Of a stretch of 50,593 nucleotides of DNA, positions 30,597 through 38,792 are shown in pieces (position 1 is the first letter of the stretch; the number at the start of each line of letters is the position of its first letter). The DNA is taken from positions 1-50,593 of the forward strand of contig CAZYPI010000003.1 of assembly GCA_964649335.1 (NCBI GenBank). The letters run 5' to 3'. The DNA comes from an uncultured Rikenellaceae bacterium (GTDB lineage Bacteria > Bacteroidota > Bacteroidia > Bacteroidales > VadinHA17). The notes beneath the pieces are model-generated. The model had not been told where the DNA came from. It saw only the letters and a list, made by a program, of their open reading frames with translations, and searched no databases. Position numbers and translations under genes: made by a program.

Positions 30597-30676
30597 GTAT
30601 TATCATTGAAAACAGGCAAGCTTTTTTTAAAAAAGAAACATTCTGCTCTTTTCCTCCCCGGCACCTCCACTGTCCG

Positions 30677-31438
30677 TCAATCCAGGGAAAACGGCTTTTC
30701 CTGTGAAATGCTGTCCAGAAGGGTAAGAGCTTTGTCAATTTGATCTTTCCCTCCTTCCAGGGCCAGCCATACAGCTCCTTCGGCCCCCAGCACTCCGCCG
30801 GCGCCCATCAACATGGCCTCCGTCCCGGTGAGTATCTTCAGGGCTTCTATCTCGGTGATGATCTCCCCGCTGACGGGCATCAGTCGCAATCCTTCGTTTC
30901 CCGGAGCATTTACCCGGGCCGCCACTTTGTCCACCTCTTCGTCGATCCTTTTTTCGAGACCGGCAGGAATGACCAGTCTGACACGCCTGCCTATGACCGC
31001 CTGCAGCAGGGTTAGAGTAGTACCCCCCCCGGGATGCTGAATGAAAATACCCGCTTTGTTCTGACGAAGATTGATACAGTTGGCTCCTTTTAGAATAACA
31101 TCCCCTTCGATCAGCTGGTCGGCCACATCGAAGATGGTTTTGCCTTTTTGCCAGACCCCCCCGGAGATTACCACATCACCGGGAAATTCACTTTTTACCG
31201 ACGGCGGTATCTTATGAGCGGCAGGCATGCTCAGTCCTCTGAAAAACCGGTTCTGCTGAAATTCCCCGGACCGCCCCAGTTTATCCAGCCATTCCCGGGC
31301 AATATATCCGTTGGTGGTGCCTGCAATGATAACCACTGTTCTTTCCTCTACAGCTTCTTTTACCGGCGGATACTCCAGGAGTGCTTTGGCAATCAGTCTT
31401 TTACCAGCCGCCGGTGTCAATAAATATTGAATCATCAT
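30677..31438 (-). CDS. Conserved-looking hypothetical protein (253 aa) and last gene of the yicC-gmk-nadD operon
   Basis: The ORF is clean, has a soluble-protein-like composition, and has no low-complexity stretches. Its start overlaps the nadD stop (ATGA, 31435-31438). I could not assign a family. 'ILKGANCINL..NKAGIFIQHPGGG' and 'RLVIPAGLEKRI' loosely recall LUD-domain-like patterns, but this is unverified. Confidence 0.6.
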   Translation of the reverse strand: MMIQYLLTPAAGKRLIAKALLEYPPVKEAVEERTVVIIAGTTNGYIAREWLDKLGRSGEFQQNRFFRGLSMPAAHKIPPSVKSEFPGDVVISGGVWQKGKTIFDVADQLIEGDVILKGANCINLRQNKAGIFIQHPGGGTTLTLLQAVIGRRVRLVIPAGLEKRIDEEVDKVAARVNAPGNEGLRLMPVSGEIITEIEALKILTGTEAMLMGAGGVLGAEGAVWLALEGGKDQIDKALTLLDSISQEKPFSLD

Positions 31439-32046
31439 CGCCCTTTAATTTTTTCCTCATAAAAATGCATATCCCTGATATATTCCCAGACGGGTTTCCG
31501 GAAAAAAAAGCGCATATCCCTGCCTTCCCGGATGGACTGCCGCAAAAAACTTGATGATACCTCTATAAGCGGAGCCTGTGAAACGGTTAGGCGGGCCTGC
31601 TTCATCAGTTTTTCCAGCGAGGGATGTAATTGACGGGTATCGGCTCCTTTCCGGGGATAGACAATGATGGCATAGTTTTTAACCAGTTCTTCAAAATTTT
31701 TCCATTTGTGCAGGGTCACCAGATTGTCCGCTCCCATGATCAGGATAAACTCCCGCTGCGGATATTTCTCCGACAGGTAGGTAAGGGTGTCAATAGTATA
31801 GGAGGGCTTGGGCAAACGGAACTCGATATCCGTAGCCCGGAAACGGAAGTCATCTTCGAGGGCCAGGTTAACCAGCTCGAGACGGTGGTACTCGGGCAGG
31901 AGAGAAGCACGTTCTTTCAGCGGATTGTGGGGGGACACCACAAACCACACCTGTTGCAATCCGGTATATTCCACAAAATAATTGGCAATGGCTGTATGGC
32001 CGATATGTATCGGGTTAAAACTTCCGAAAAAAAGACCTGTTTTCAT
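31435..32046 (-). CDS. nadD: Nicotinate-nucleotide adenylyltransferase
   Basis: 'GLFFGSFNPIHIGH' is the (H/T)xGH nucleotidyltransferase motif, and 'ISSSFLR' is the ISST-like motif. The gene overlaps gmk by 4 nt. Confidence 0.9.
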   Translation of the reverse strand: MKTGLFFGSFNPIHIGHTAIANYFVEYTGLQQVWFVVSPHNPLKERASLLPEYHRLELVNLALEDDFRFRATDIEFRLPKPSYTIDTLTYLSEKYPQREFILIMGADNLVTLHKWKNFEELVKNYAIIVYPRKGADTRQLHPSLEKLMKQARLTVSQAPLIEVSSSFLRQSIREGRDMRFFFRKPVWEYIRDMHFYEEKIKGR

Positions 32047-32654
32047 GAGTCGATGAAATTTTTGACGATCTCTTCGGCCTGTGGCAAACTCTCTTCCAGT
32101 TTATCATTGACCAGGATAACATCAAACTTCTCTGCATATTCCATTTCCATCCGGGCTTTTGCCACCCTTTCCCGGATGCTTTCCTCAGGGTCGGTGGAAC
32201 GGTGGTGCAGTCTTTTCTCCAGCTCTTCCAGAGAGGGAGGCATCACAAACACGGCCAGTGCCTGACTTCCGTATAACTTTTTGATATTCAATGCTCCCTT
32301 TACATCCACATCGAATACCACGTGATACCCTCTGTTGAGCAATCGCTGCACTTCCGACTTCAGCGTACCGTAATAGGTGCCTTCATACACCTCTTCCCAT
32401 TCCACAAAGGCATCTTCTTCAATCTTGTTTCTGAACTCATCCACGGAGAGAAAATAATAATCTTTGCCGTCTTCTTCATGATCGCGTCTGGGCCTTGTAG
32501 TGGCCGAGACAGAAAACGCCAGGTTGGGGAAGGTTTTCAGAAGATGCCTGACGATGGTGGTTTTTCCGGCGCCGGAGGGGGAGGAGAAGATCAGGATTTT
32601 TTTGGCGGGAGAAGACTCTCTTTTTTGACGGTCCCGGGTAGCCATAAACAACAT
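32043..32654 (-). CDS. gmk: Guanylate kinase
   Basis: The P-loop is 'SSPSGAGKTT'. 'TTRPRR..E.DG.DYYF' and 'YGT' are also present, and the size is typical. Confidence 0.93.
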   Translation of the reverse strand: MLFMATRDRQKRESSPAKKILIFSSPSGAGKTTIVRHLLKTFPNLAFSVSATTRPRRDHEEDGKDYYFLSVDEFRNKIEEDAFVEWEEVYEGTYYGTLKSEVQRLLNRGYHVVFDVDVKGALNIKKLYGSQALAVFVMPPSLEELEKRLHHRSTDPEESIRERVAKARMEMEYAEKFDVILVNDKLEESLPQAEEIVKNFIDS

Positions 32655-32659
32655 ATTTT

Positions 32660-33535
32660 TTAGAGTACGTTAAACGTTTGTTCCTTGATTTTTTCCAGTT
32701 CGTCTTTCATCATCACCACCAGCTTCTGTATGCCTGTATGGTTGGCTTTCGAGCCGAGGGTGTTGATCTCACGCCCCATTTCCTGTGTGATGAAACCCAG
32801 CTTTTTCCCAATGTTTCCGCCTTTTTCCAGTGTCTCCAGAAAATATTTACAATGATTGGCCAGTCGGCTCTTTTCTTCGTTGATATCCAGCCGGTCGAGG
32901 TAGTAGGCGATTTCCTGCTCAAACCGCTCGCGGTCGGTACCGTTCATGCCGGCCAGTTCCCGCAGGTTTTTCTCCAGCCGGTCCCGCACTGCCCGCATTC
33001 TCTCTTTTTCAAAAGGTGAAACCTTCATCAACAAATCCTGTATGAAAAGGACATGACCCTTCATATCTTTTTTGATAGCGCTTCCTTCCTGTTCACGAAA
33101 ACGGATTACCTGAATGATGGCTTCTTCCACGGTGGTGGCAATTTGTTGCCATTCCGCCTCATCGACCTCACGGGTAGTGTCGGCCAGCACCTCCGGCCAG
33201 CGGAGCAGAGCCTGTATCAACGGCTCCTCGGCCCGGATATTAAACGCTGAAGCCATATCCCTCAACTGATCAAGATAATGCCTGACGGCCACCCGGTTAA
33301 TATCAGGATATGTCTCGCCGGTAAAATCCATTACGGTCAGGGAGATATCTATTTTTCCCCGTACCAGTTTTTCCGTCAACAGTTTTCTGATAACTAGTTC
33401 TTTGTTCCGGTAAGCCCCCGGAAGACGGGTGGAAATGTCAGCTTGCCTGGAGTTCAGGGTCCTGATCTCAACCGTGATCTGCCTGTCCGTGAAATCTTTG
33501 GTCACCCTGCCGTATCCGGTCATGGATTGGAGCAT
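32660..33535 (-). CDS. yicC: YicC family protein
   Basis: The N-terminus is 'MLQSMTGYGR' and the C-terminus is 'QEMGREINTLGSKAN'. The 291-aa length fits, and the pairing with gmk is classic. Confidence 0.85.
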   Translation of the reverse strand: MLQSMTGYGRVTKDFTDRQITVEIRTLNSRQADISTRLPGAYRNKELVIRKLLTEKLVRGKIDISLTVMDFTGETYPDINRVAVRHYLDQLRDMASAFNIRAEEPLIQALLRWPEVLADTTREVDEAEWQQIATTVEEAIIQVIRFREQEGSAIKKDMKGHVLFIQDLLMKVSPFEKERMRAVRDRLEKNLRELAGMNGTDRERFEQEIAYYLDRLDINEEKSRLANHCKYFLETLEKGGNIGKKLGFITQEMGREINTLGSKANHTGIQKLVVMMKDELEKIKEQTFNVL

Positions 33536-33582
33536 AAGTTCGTTATTTTCTTTTAATAGTTATTTTCAGATAAAGAATTTAA

Positions 33583-33590
33583 CAAAGATA
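33583..33590 (-). promoter_or_regulatory. Candidate -7 box (TATCTTTG) for the yicC-gmk-nadD operon
   Basis: The minus strand matches TAnnTTTG 48 nt upstream of the yicC ATG. Confidence 0.4.
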
Positions 33591-33628
33591 AAAAAAGTAT
33601 AGAGACAGCCAGTTCCTGGCAAAAAAGA

Positions 33629-33670
33629 CAAGATCAAGTAACCAGCAACAAGCACCCAGCACCCGGCACC
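33629..33670 (-). repeat. Degenerating heptamer array (GGTGCTG-like on the transcribed strand) directly 3' of the MATE gene
   Basis: The plus-strand units are CAAGATC AAGTAAC CAGCAAC AAGCACC CAGCACC CGGCACC. The minus strand reads GGTGCCG GGTGCTG GGTGCTT GTTGCTG GTTACTT GATCTTG and begins 23 nt after the MATE stop. Confidence 0.75.
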
Positions 33671-33692
33671 TAATAAACTGTGACCTTTTGCC

Positions 33693-35045
33693 TTATGCAC
33701 TTTTGTCTTTTTCAACCTTCACGATCACCTTTCGTTTATATCTTCCCGTCAGGTAGTAGAGAAAAGAGAGCAGGAATCCGGTAAACATTCCCATGGGTAC
33801 GGCCCACCAGATACCGATGACCCCGAAATGGCGGGACAACATCCAGGCCGCCGGGATCCGTACCAACCAGAGAGCCACGAGGGTGATGAACATGGGTACC
33901 ACGGTGTCTCCGGCACCCCGCATCACCCCGTTGATAGAGAACATGGCAGAAAAAATGATATAAAAAGCACTGACAATGACCAAGTATTGACGGCCGATGG
34001 CTATGACCGAAGCATCTTTGGTAAAAAGACCCATCAGTTGTGCGGGGAAGAGCTGAACGATCAGGGTGATCGTCAGGGAGATCACACTGCTCATCAGCAG
34101 GGTGGATATTAATCCGTGTTTTACCCGTTCCGGTTTTCCGGCTCCAAGGTTCTGGCCCACGAAAGTGGCCAGGGCTGCTGCGAAATTCATGGCCGGGAGC
34201 ATAACCAGCGAGTCGATACGTCCTGCCACCGAATATGCCGCAATAACATCGGTGCCGAATGTGTTGACGATCCCCATAAGGGCCATCATCCCAAGAGCAA
34301 CAAAGGTTTGCTGAAATCCCGTGGGCAGGCCTATCCGGATGCTTTTTCTGAATATATCCCGGTCGAACTTCATTCCGAACAGGGAGATGCGAATTAGCTG
34401 ATGATACTTATTGAGATACCAGATAGCTACCACAAGTGCCCCTGCCTGGGCGGTTACCGTGGCAATGGCAGCACCGGCTATGCCCCAGTGAAAGACCATC
34501 ACAAACAACAGATCCAGTCCTATATTTGCCAACGTGGCGCCGATCTGGAAGAAAAGGGGTGTTTTCGAGTCGCCCAGGCCACGCAGGATGGCATTGGTGC
34601 CGTTAAGACCGAAAAAGATGATGATGCCGGCCAGGATGATATGCAGGTAGGTTTTGGCCTGGGGCAACACCTCCGCAGGGAGTTTCAGCAGACGGAACAG
34701 ATCCTCGCTGAAGAAAATGCCCAAAACAGACATGAGTATGGAAGCAAAAAAGGCAAAAATATAAAAAGTGTCCATGGCTTTTTTGACCTGCTCCAGTTTA
34801 CGTGCTCCGAAATACTGGGCGATCACGATTGTAGTGCCGCTCGCCACCCCGATCAGGAGGGAGATAACCGTAAAAATGACCGGAAAAGAGGCTCCTACGG
34901 CTGCCAGAGCCTGTTTCCCGAGCACATTGCCCACAATGATGCTGTCCACGATGTTGTATAGCTGCTGGAACAGATTCCCCAACAACATCGGGACGGCAAA
35001 GTGCAGAATCAGCCTCGCTTCTTTTCCCTGTGTCAGATCTTTCAT
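33693..35045 (-). CDS. MATE family efflux transporter
   Basis: The 450-aa protein has about 12 TM segments. The N-terminus 'LILHFAVPMLLGNLFQQLYNIVDSIIVG' is the typical MatE opening. Confidence 0.9.
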   Translation of the reverse strand: MKDLTQGKEARLILHFAVPMLLGNLFQQLYNIVDSIIVGNVLGKQALAAVGASFPVIFTVISLLIGVASGTTIVIAQYFGARKLEQVKKAMDTFYIFAFFASILMSVLGIFFSEDLFRLLKLPAEVLPQAKTYLHIILAGIIIFFGLNGTNAILRGLGDSKTPLFFQIGATLANIGLDLLFVMVFHWGIAGAAIATVTAQAGALVVAIWYLNKYHQLIRISLFGMKFDRDIFRKSIRIGLPTGFQQTFVALGMMALMGIVNTFGTDVIAAYSVAGRIDSLVMLPAMNFAAALATFVGQNLGAGKPERVKHGLISTLLMSSVISLTITLIVQLFPAQLMGLFTKDASVIAIGRQYLVIVSAFYIIFSAMFSINGVMRGAGDTVVPMFITLVALWLVRIPAAWMLSRHFGVIGIWWAVPMGMFTGFLLSFLYYLTGRYKRKVIVKVEKDKSA

Positions 35046-35244
35046 AGAAAAAATTTGATTACAAAGGTGGTAAAAAGTATGGAAAAACGCCCCAAATACA
35101 TCTTAAACCTTATTGCCACAACCCCGGAATCTACAACACGCATATCCCCGCTTTACATGCAATTCCACTTTGGTTCAATTTTTGTTAAGTTCTGAAAATG
35201 GAGTTTACTTATAATAAAATGTTGACATTGTGCTGATAACCCCG

Positions 35245-35252
35245 TAAATTTG
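35245..35252 (+). promoter_or_regulatory. Candidate -7 box (TAAATTTG) for the T9SS cargo gene
   Basis: The site matches TAnnTTTG 36 nt upstream of the ATG. TTGACATTG lies about 20 nt further upstream. Confidence 0.4.
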
Positions 35253-35287
35253 TATAAATAACCAAACTGAAATAAGGAGGAAAGATC

Positions 35288-36958
35288 ATGAAAAAATGGA
35301 TTTTTACTATTGTATTTGTACTGTTCATTTTTACGGCTGCCATGCCGCAGAATATCCCCAACAGGGGGTTTGAACAGTGGGAAACGCGCCAGTTATTTGA
35401 ACAGCCACGGTCGTGGCTTACATCCGATATTATGGGTGCATTTGCAGGAGACACTTCTCTGGTTGTAAAAAAAAGCAGTGATGCCCATTCGGGTTCTTAT
35501 GCTTTGTATTTGGAAAACCACATGTACGGGGAAGAGATGATACCGGGCTTTGTATTCTGTGAAAGCCGGGTTACCGGTGATTACCCCGACATGAAATTCC
35601 TGGGTGGATTTCCTTATTCTGAACAGCCGGATTCCCTCACCGGCTACTTCAAATATAAGATCGAAGCCGGCGATACGGCCCGCATCGTGGTGGTTTTCAA
35701 AAAGGAAGGCACGATTATTTCGGAAAGCTGGTTCAATCTTACCGGCGAACAGCAGACCTATCAGCGAATAGCTTTCCCCCTGGTAGCTGTGACCGAAGTG
35801 CCCGATACGGCCATCATCGGCATATCTGCCGGAACTCCCTGGAGCCCGGTGGCGGGAAGCTATCTTTATGTAGATCATCTGCAATTTGACCAAGGTACAC
35901 AAACCATTCCCAACGGGGATTTTGATGAATGGGACATGATCACCTATCAGGATCCTGTGGGATGGGAGAGCGGAAACTGGGTGTCGGCACTCGCAGGCGG
36001 TGACACAATGTGCTACCCCACAGACGATGCACACTCCGGAAACTATGCCATGGCCCTGAAAACCTTACGTGTTGATTTCGCAGACCAGAATATCGGGATT
36101 GCAGCTACCGGAAAAATCGGTGTGGGAAATATAAGCGGCGGATTCCCGTACGACGAACTGCCTTCCGTGATCAGCGGATATTATAAATATATGCCGGCGG
36201 GCGTTGACAGTGCCATGATCGCCGTTATCTGTTCGAAATGGAACGACCAGACCGGCAACCGGGAACAGCAGATACGTTTCTTTAAGCTCCCGCCCATCCC
36301 CGAATACACCTACTTCAGTGATACCCTTTATTTGGATGACATGGAGGTGGACACTGTGAATATCATCTGCCTGTCCAATATGGCTCTAACGGGTGAAGGG
36401 AGCAACAACCCGGGATCTCTGCTGTACGTGGATGACCTGTGGCTGGAAAGCCGGTGCAGCTATGCCGACACAACCCGGCTCTTTGCCTTCCACGATACCA
36501 CTTTGTGTCTCGGGGATACCATGGTACTGGATGCCGGTGAAGGCTACAGTACCTACCTGTGGTCGGACAGCACCACGGCACAGACCCTGCAAGTAAGTGA
36601 CAGCGGCACCTACGGCGTGACGGTGGTTGATGGTAACGGCTGCACGGTCACCGACTCGGTGGTGGTGCATCTGGATGCCTGTACCCGGGTTGAACCGGTT
36701 CATGGTAACCCGGCCGCCTTCAGCATCTATCCCAATCCCTTTAATGAAAGTTTTGTCCTGGAGATCCCAGAAGGAACAAAAGGGCTGCTGGAGATCTCCG
36801 TAACCAATATCCTGGGACAGGAAGTAGTTGAAAGAAAAGTGTATGCCGCCACGGCAAACCGTCTGCAGATAGATATGAGCAACCGGCCCAAAGGACTCTA
36901 TTTCGTGAGGATCCGCAGCGAGGCCGGAAATAAGGTCATTAAAGTTATAAAACGATAA
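35288..36958 (+). CDS. Secreted protein with a T9SS C-terminal sorting domain and two PCMD-like modules
   Basis: A signal peptide is present. Two modules open with 'IPNRGFEQWE' and 'IPNGDFDEWD', each containing 'GGFPY...P.S..GY(F/Y)KY'. A Cys-containing segment follows, then the tail 'FSIYPNPFNESFVLEI...GLYFVRIRSEAGNKVIKVIK', typical of Por/T9SS CTDs. Confidence 0.72.
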   Translation: MKKWIFTIVFVLFIFTAAMPQNIPNRGFEQWETRQLFEQPRSWLTSDIMGAFAGDTSLVVKKSSDAHSGSYALYLENHMYGEEMIPGFVFCESRVTGDYPDMKFLGGFPYSEQPDSLTGYFKYKIEAGDTARIVVVFKKEGTIISESWFNLTGEQQTYQRIAFPLVAVTEVPDTAIIGISAGTPWSPVAGSYLYVDHLQFDQGTQTIPNGDFDEWDMITYQDPVGWESGNWVSALAGGDTMCYPTDDAHSGNYAMALKTLRVDFADQNIGIAATGKIGVGNISGGFPYDELPSVISGYYKYMPAGVDSAMIAVICSKWNDQTGNREQQIRFFKLPPIPEYTYFSDTLYLDDMEVDTVNIICLSNMALTGEGSNNPGSLLYVDDLWLESRCSYADTTRLFAFHDTTLCLGDTMVLDAGEGYSTYLWSDSTTAQTLQVSDSGTYGVTVVDGNGCTVTDSVVVHLDACTRVEPVHGNPAAFSIYPNPFNESFVLEIPEGTKGLLEISVTNILGQEVVERKVYAATANRLQIDMSNRPKGLYFVRIRSEAGNKVIKVIKR

Positions 36959-36970
36959 TGCAGTTTATGG

Positions 36971-36994
36971 GAAACCCCGGATCTCCGGGGTTTC
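36971..36994. terminator. Bidirectional terminator hairpin between the T9SS cargo gene and manA
   Basis: GAAACCCCGG pairs with CCGGGGTTTC as a perfect 10-bp stem around the loop ATCT. TTATTT follows on the plus strand. Confidence 0.7.
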
Positions 36995-37975
36995 TTATTT
37001 GATATAGACTTCAAGTATTTTTGCCTCCCCTTTGGGGATAAGGCGGATATCTTTCAGCACGGCCGGGATTAGCAGGGTCTCGCCCATTTTCAATACAGAG
37101 GTCCCGTTTTCGTGTTCTATTTCCGTTTCCCCTTCAATACCGATATAAATAACAAAAGAGTCGAGTTCATAATAATCTTTCTCCACCGGTTTATCAAAAT
37201 GGATAAGCTGTGTGCTGAAATAGTTGCATTGTACCAGTCCGGTGGTTCGATTAAGCTGGTCTTTATACGGTACTTTGTATTGAGGGTATGATTTGAAATC
37301 CATGACCTCCAGGGCGAGTTCCGTATGTATTTCCCTGCTTTTTCCATGGGCATCCACACGGTCCCAGTCGTAGATACGGTATGTAATGTCGGAGTTTTGT
37401 TCTATCTCAACCAGCAACACTCCTTTTCCGATGGCATGGATACGGCCGGGCGGGATATAATACACATCCCCGGCCAGGGCCTGCTCACTGTTAAGAATGT
37501 CCCGGAGCGTCTTATTCCGGAGATGCTCAAGGTATTCCTCACGGGTAACATCTTTTTTAAAGCCGATAATGATCTCTGAGCCGGGATCGGCCTGAATAAC
37601 GTACCACATCTCCGTTTTCCCGTAGGCATGATGGTGTTTGAAGGCCGTTTCGTCATCCGGGTGTACCTGTACCGATAAATTATCCCCGGCATCAATGAAC
37701 TTGATCAACAGCGGAAACTCAATTCCGAATTTCTCATAAACTTTGTCGCCAACGAGATCTCCCATGTATATTTCAACCAGTTCCTGAAGATTATTGCCAG
37801 CCAGAAAACCATTGCTGACGACGGTAATATCTTCTTCCACGGAAGATATATCCCAGCTTTCCCCGACTTTCTGCAAGTTCCCGACATCTTTTCCAAGGAT
37901 ATTGCGGAGTTTGTCGCCACCCCATATTTTTGTTTTGTAGATAGAATGAAATGAGAGAGGGTATAATCTGGTCAT
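36995..37975 (-). CDS. manA: Type I mannose-6-phosphate isomerase
   Basis: 'YKTKIWGG' is at the N-terminus. The cupin metal site shows 'LSVQVHPDD' and 'GKTEMWYV', and 'IPPGRIHAIG' is also present. The protein is 326 aa. Confidence 0.8.
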   Translation of the reverse strand: MTRLYPLSFHSIYKTKIWGGDKLRNILGKDVGNLQKVGESWDISSVEEDITVVSNGFLAGNNLQELVEIYMGDLVGDKVYEKFGIEFPLLIKFIDAGDNLSVQVHPDDETAFKHHHAYGKTEMWYVIQADPGSEIIIGFKKDVTREEYLEHLRNKTLRDILNSEQALAGDVYYIPPGRIHAIGKGVLLVEIEQNSDITYRIYDWDRVDAHGKSREIHTELALEVMDFKSYPQYKVPYKDQLNRTTGLVQCNYFSTQLIHFDKPVEKDYYELDSFVIYIGIEGETEIEHENGTSVLKMGETLLIPAVLKDIRLIPKGEAKILEVYIK

Positions 37976-38146
37976 AGTATTATGTTTTAGTCGGTTATAT
38001 AATCAAAAACAGGAAAGGACAGGGATATACGGGTTGCCGGTCCACTGGGTTTTCCGTATAATCCGGGCCGGATCATTGCACATTAATGTTTGAATGTTTA
38101 AATTGCTGCGAAATTTGTTTTTTAGCCACTGCGAAAATATAAAAAA

Positions 38147-38764
38147 ATGCTGATTGTAGGTATTGCCGGCGGTACGGGATCAGGAAAGACCACTGTCGTA
38201 CGTAAGATCATCGAGCAGCTTCCTGCCGGTGAAGTGGCTGTTCTGCCCCAGGATGCTTATTATAAAGACAATAGTCATCTGCCTCTGGAGCAGCGGCAGG
38301 AGATCAATTTCGATCATCCTTCGGCCATCGAGTTTTCCCTGCTGGTGAAACATCTGAAAATGTTGCGGGCGGGAAAGACCATCCACCGGCCCGTCTATTC
38401 CTATCTCTCTTGTACCCGGGCCCGTGAGACAGTGACCATCAGTCCCAAACATGTCATTCTCGTCGAGGGGATCCTGATCCTCACTGACCAGGATCTGCGT
38501 GACCAGATGGACATCAAGGTGTTTGTGGATGCCGACGCGGATGATCGTCTGAGCCGGGTGATCCGGCGCGATATACGCGAACGCGGCCGCTCGGTGGACA
38601 AGGTGCTGAAGAGATATGACAAAACCGTGAAACCTATGCACCTGCAGTTCATCGAACCCACGAAAAGGTATGCCGATATTATCGTGCCCCAGGGAGGAAG
38701 CAACGAGGTGGCCATAAATATCCTAACCACCATCATCGAAAAAAACCTGAAGATGCATCCGTAG
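38147..38764 (+). CDS. udk: Uridine kinase
   Basis: The P-loop is 'GIAGGTGSGKTT'. 'NFDHPSAIE', 'P.Y.Y' and 'ILVEGILI' are also present. The protein is 205 aa. Confidence 0.9.
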   Translation: MLIVGIAGGTGSGKTTVVRKIIEQLPAGEVAVLPQDAYYKDNSHLPLEQRQEINFDHPSAIEFSLLVKHLKMLRAGKTIHRPVYSYLSCTRARETVTISPKHVILVEGILILTDQDLRDQMDIKVFVDADADDRLSRVIRRDIRERGRSVDKVLKRYDKTVKPMHLQFIEPTKRYADIIVPQGGSNEVAINILTTIIEKNLKMHP

Positions 38765-38792
38765 AAATAACCCGCCGGAAAAGGATGACCGG

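Noticed and set aside
30129-30676. The tRNA-Gly/tRNA-Thr locus as an integration site for a mobile element
   Set aside because: Both flanks are ordinary chromosomal genes (the M48 peptidase and the nadD operon). No integrase is nearby, and I saw no direct repeat of either tRNA 3' end that could serve as an att site.
38086-38140. The direct repeat CTGCGAAA (two copies about 22 nt apart) upstream of udk as a regulatory site
   Set aside because: This is a single pair of 8-mers with no dyad symmetry. It is too short to distinguish from chance without comparative data.
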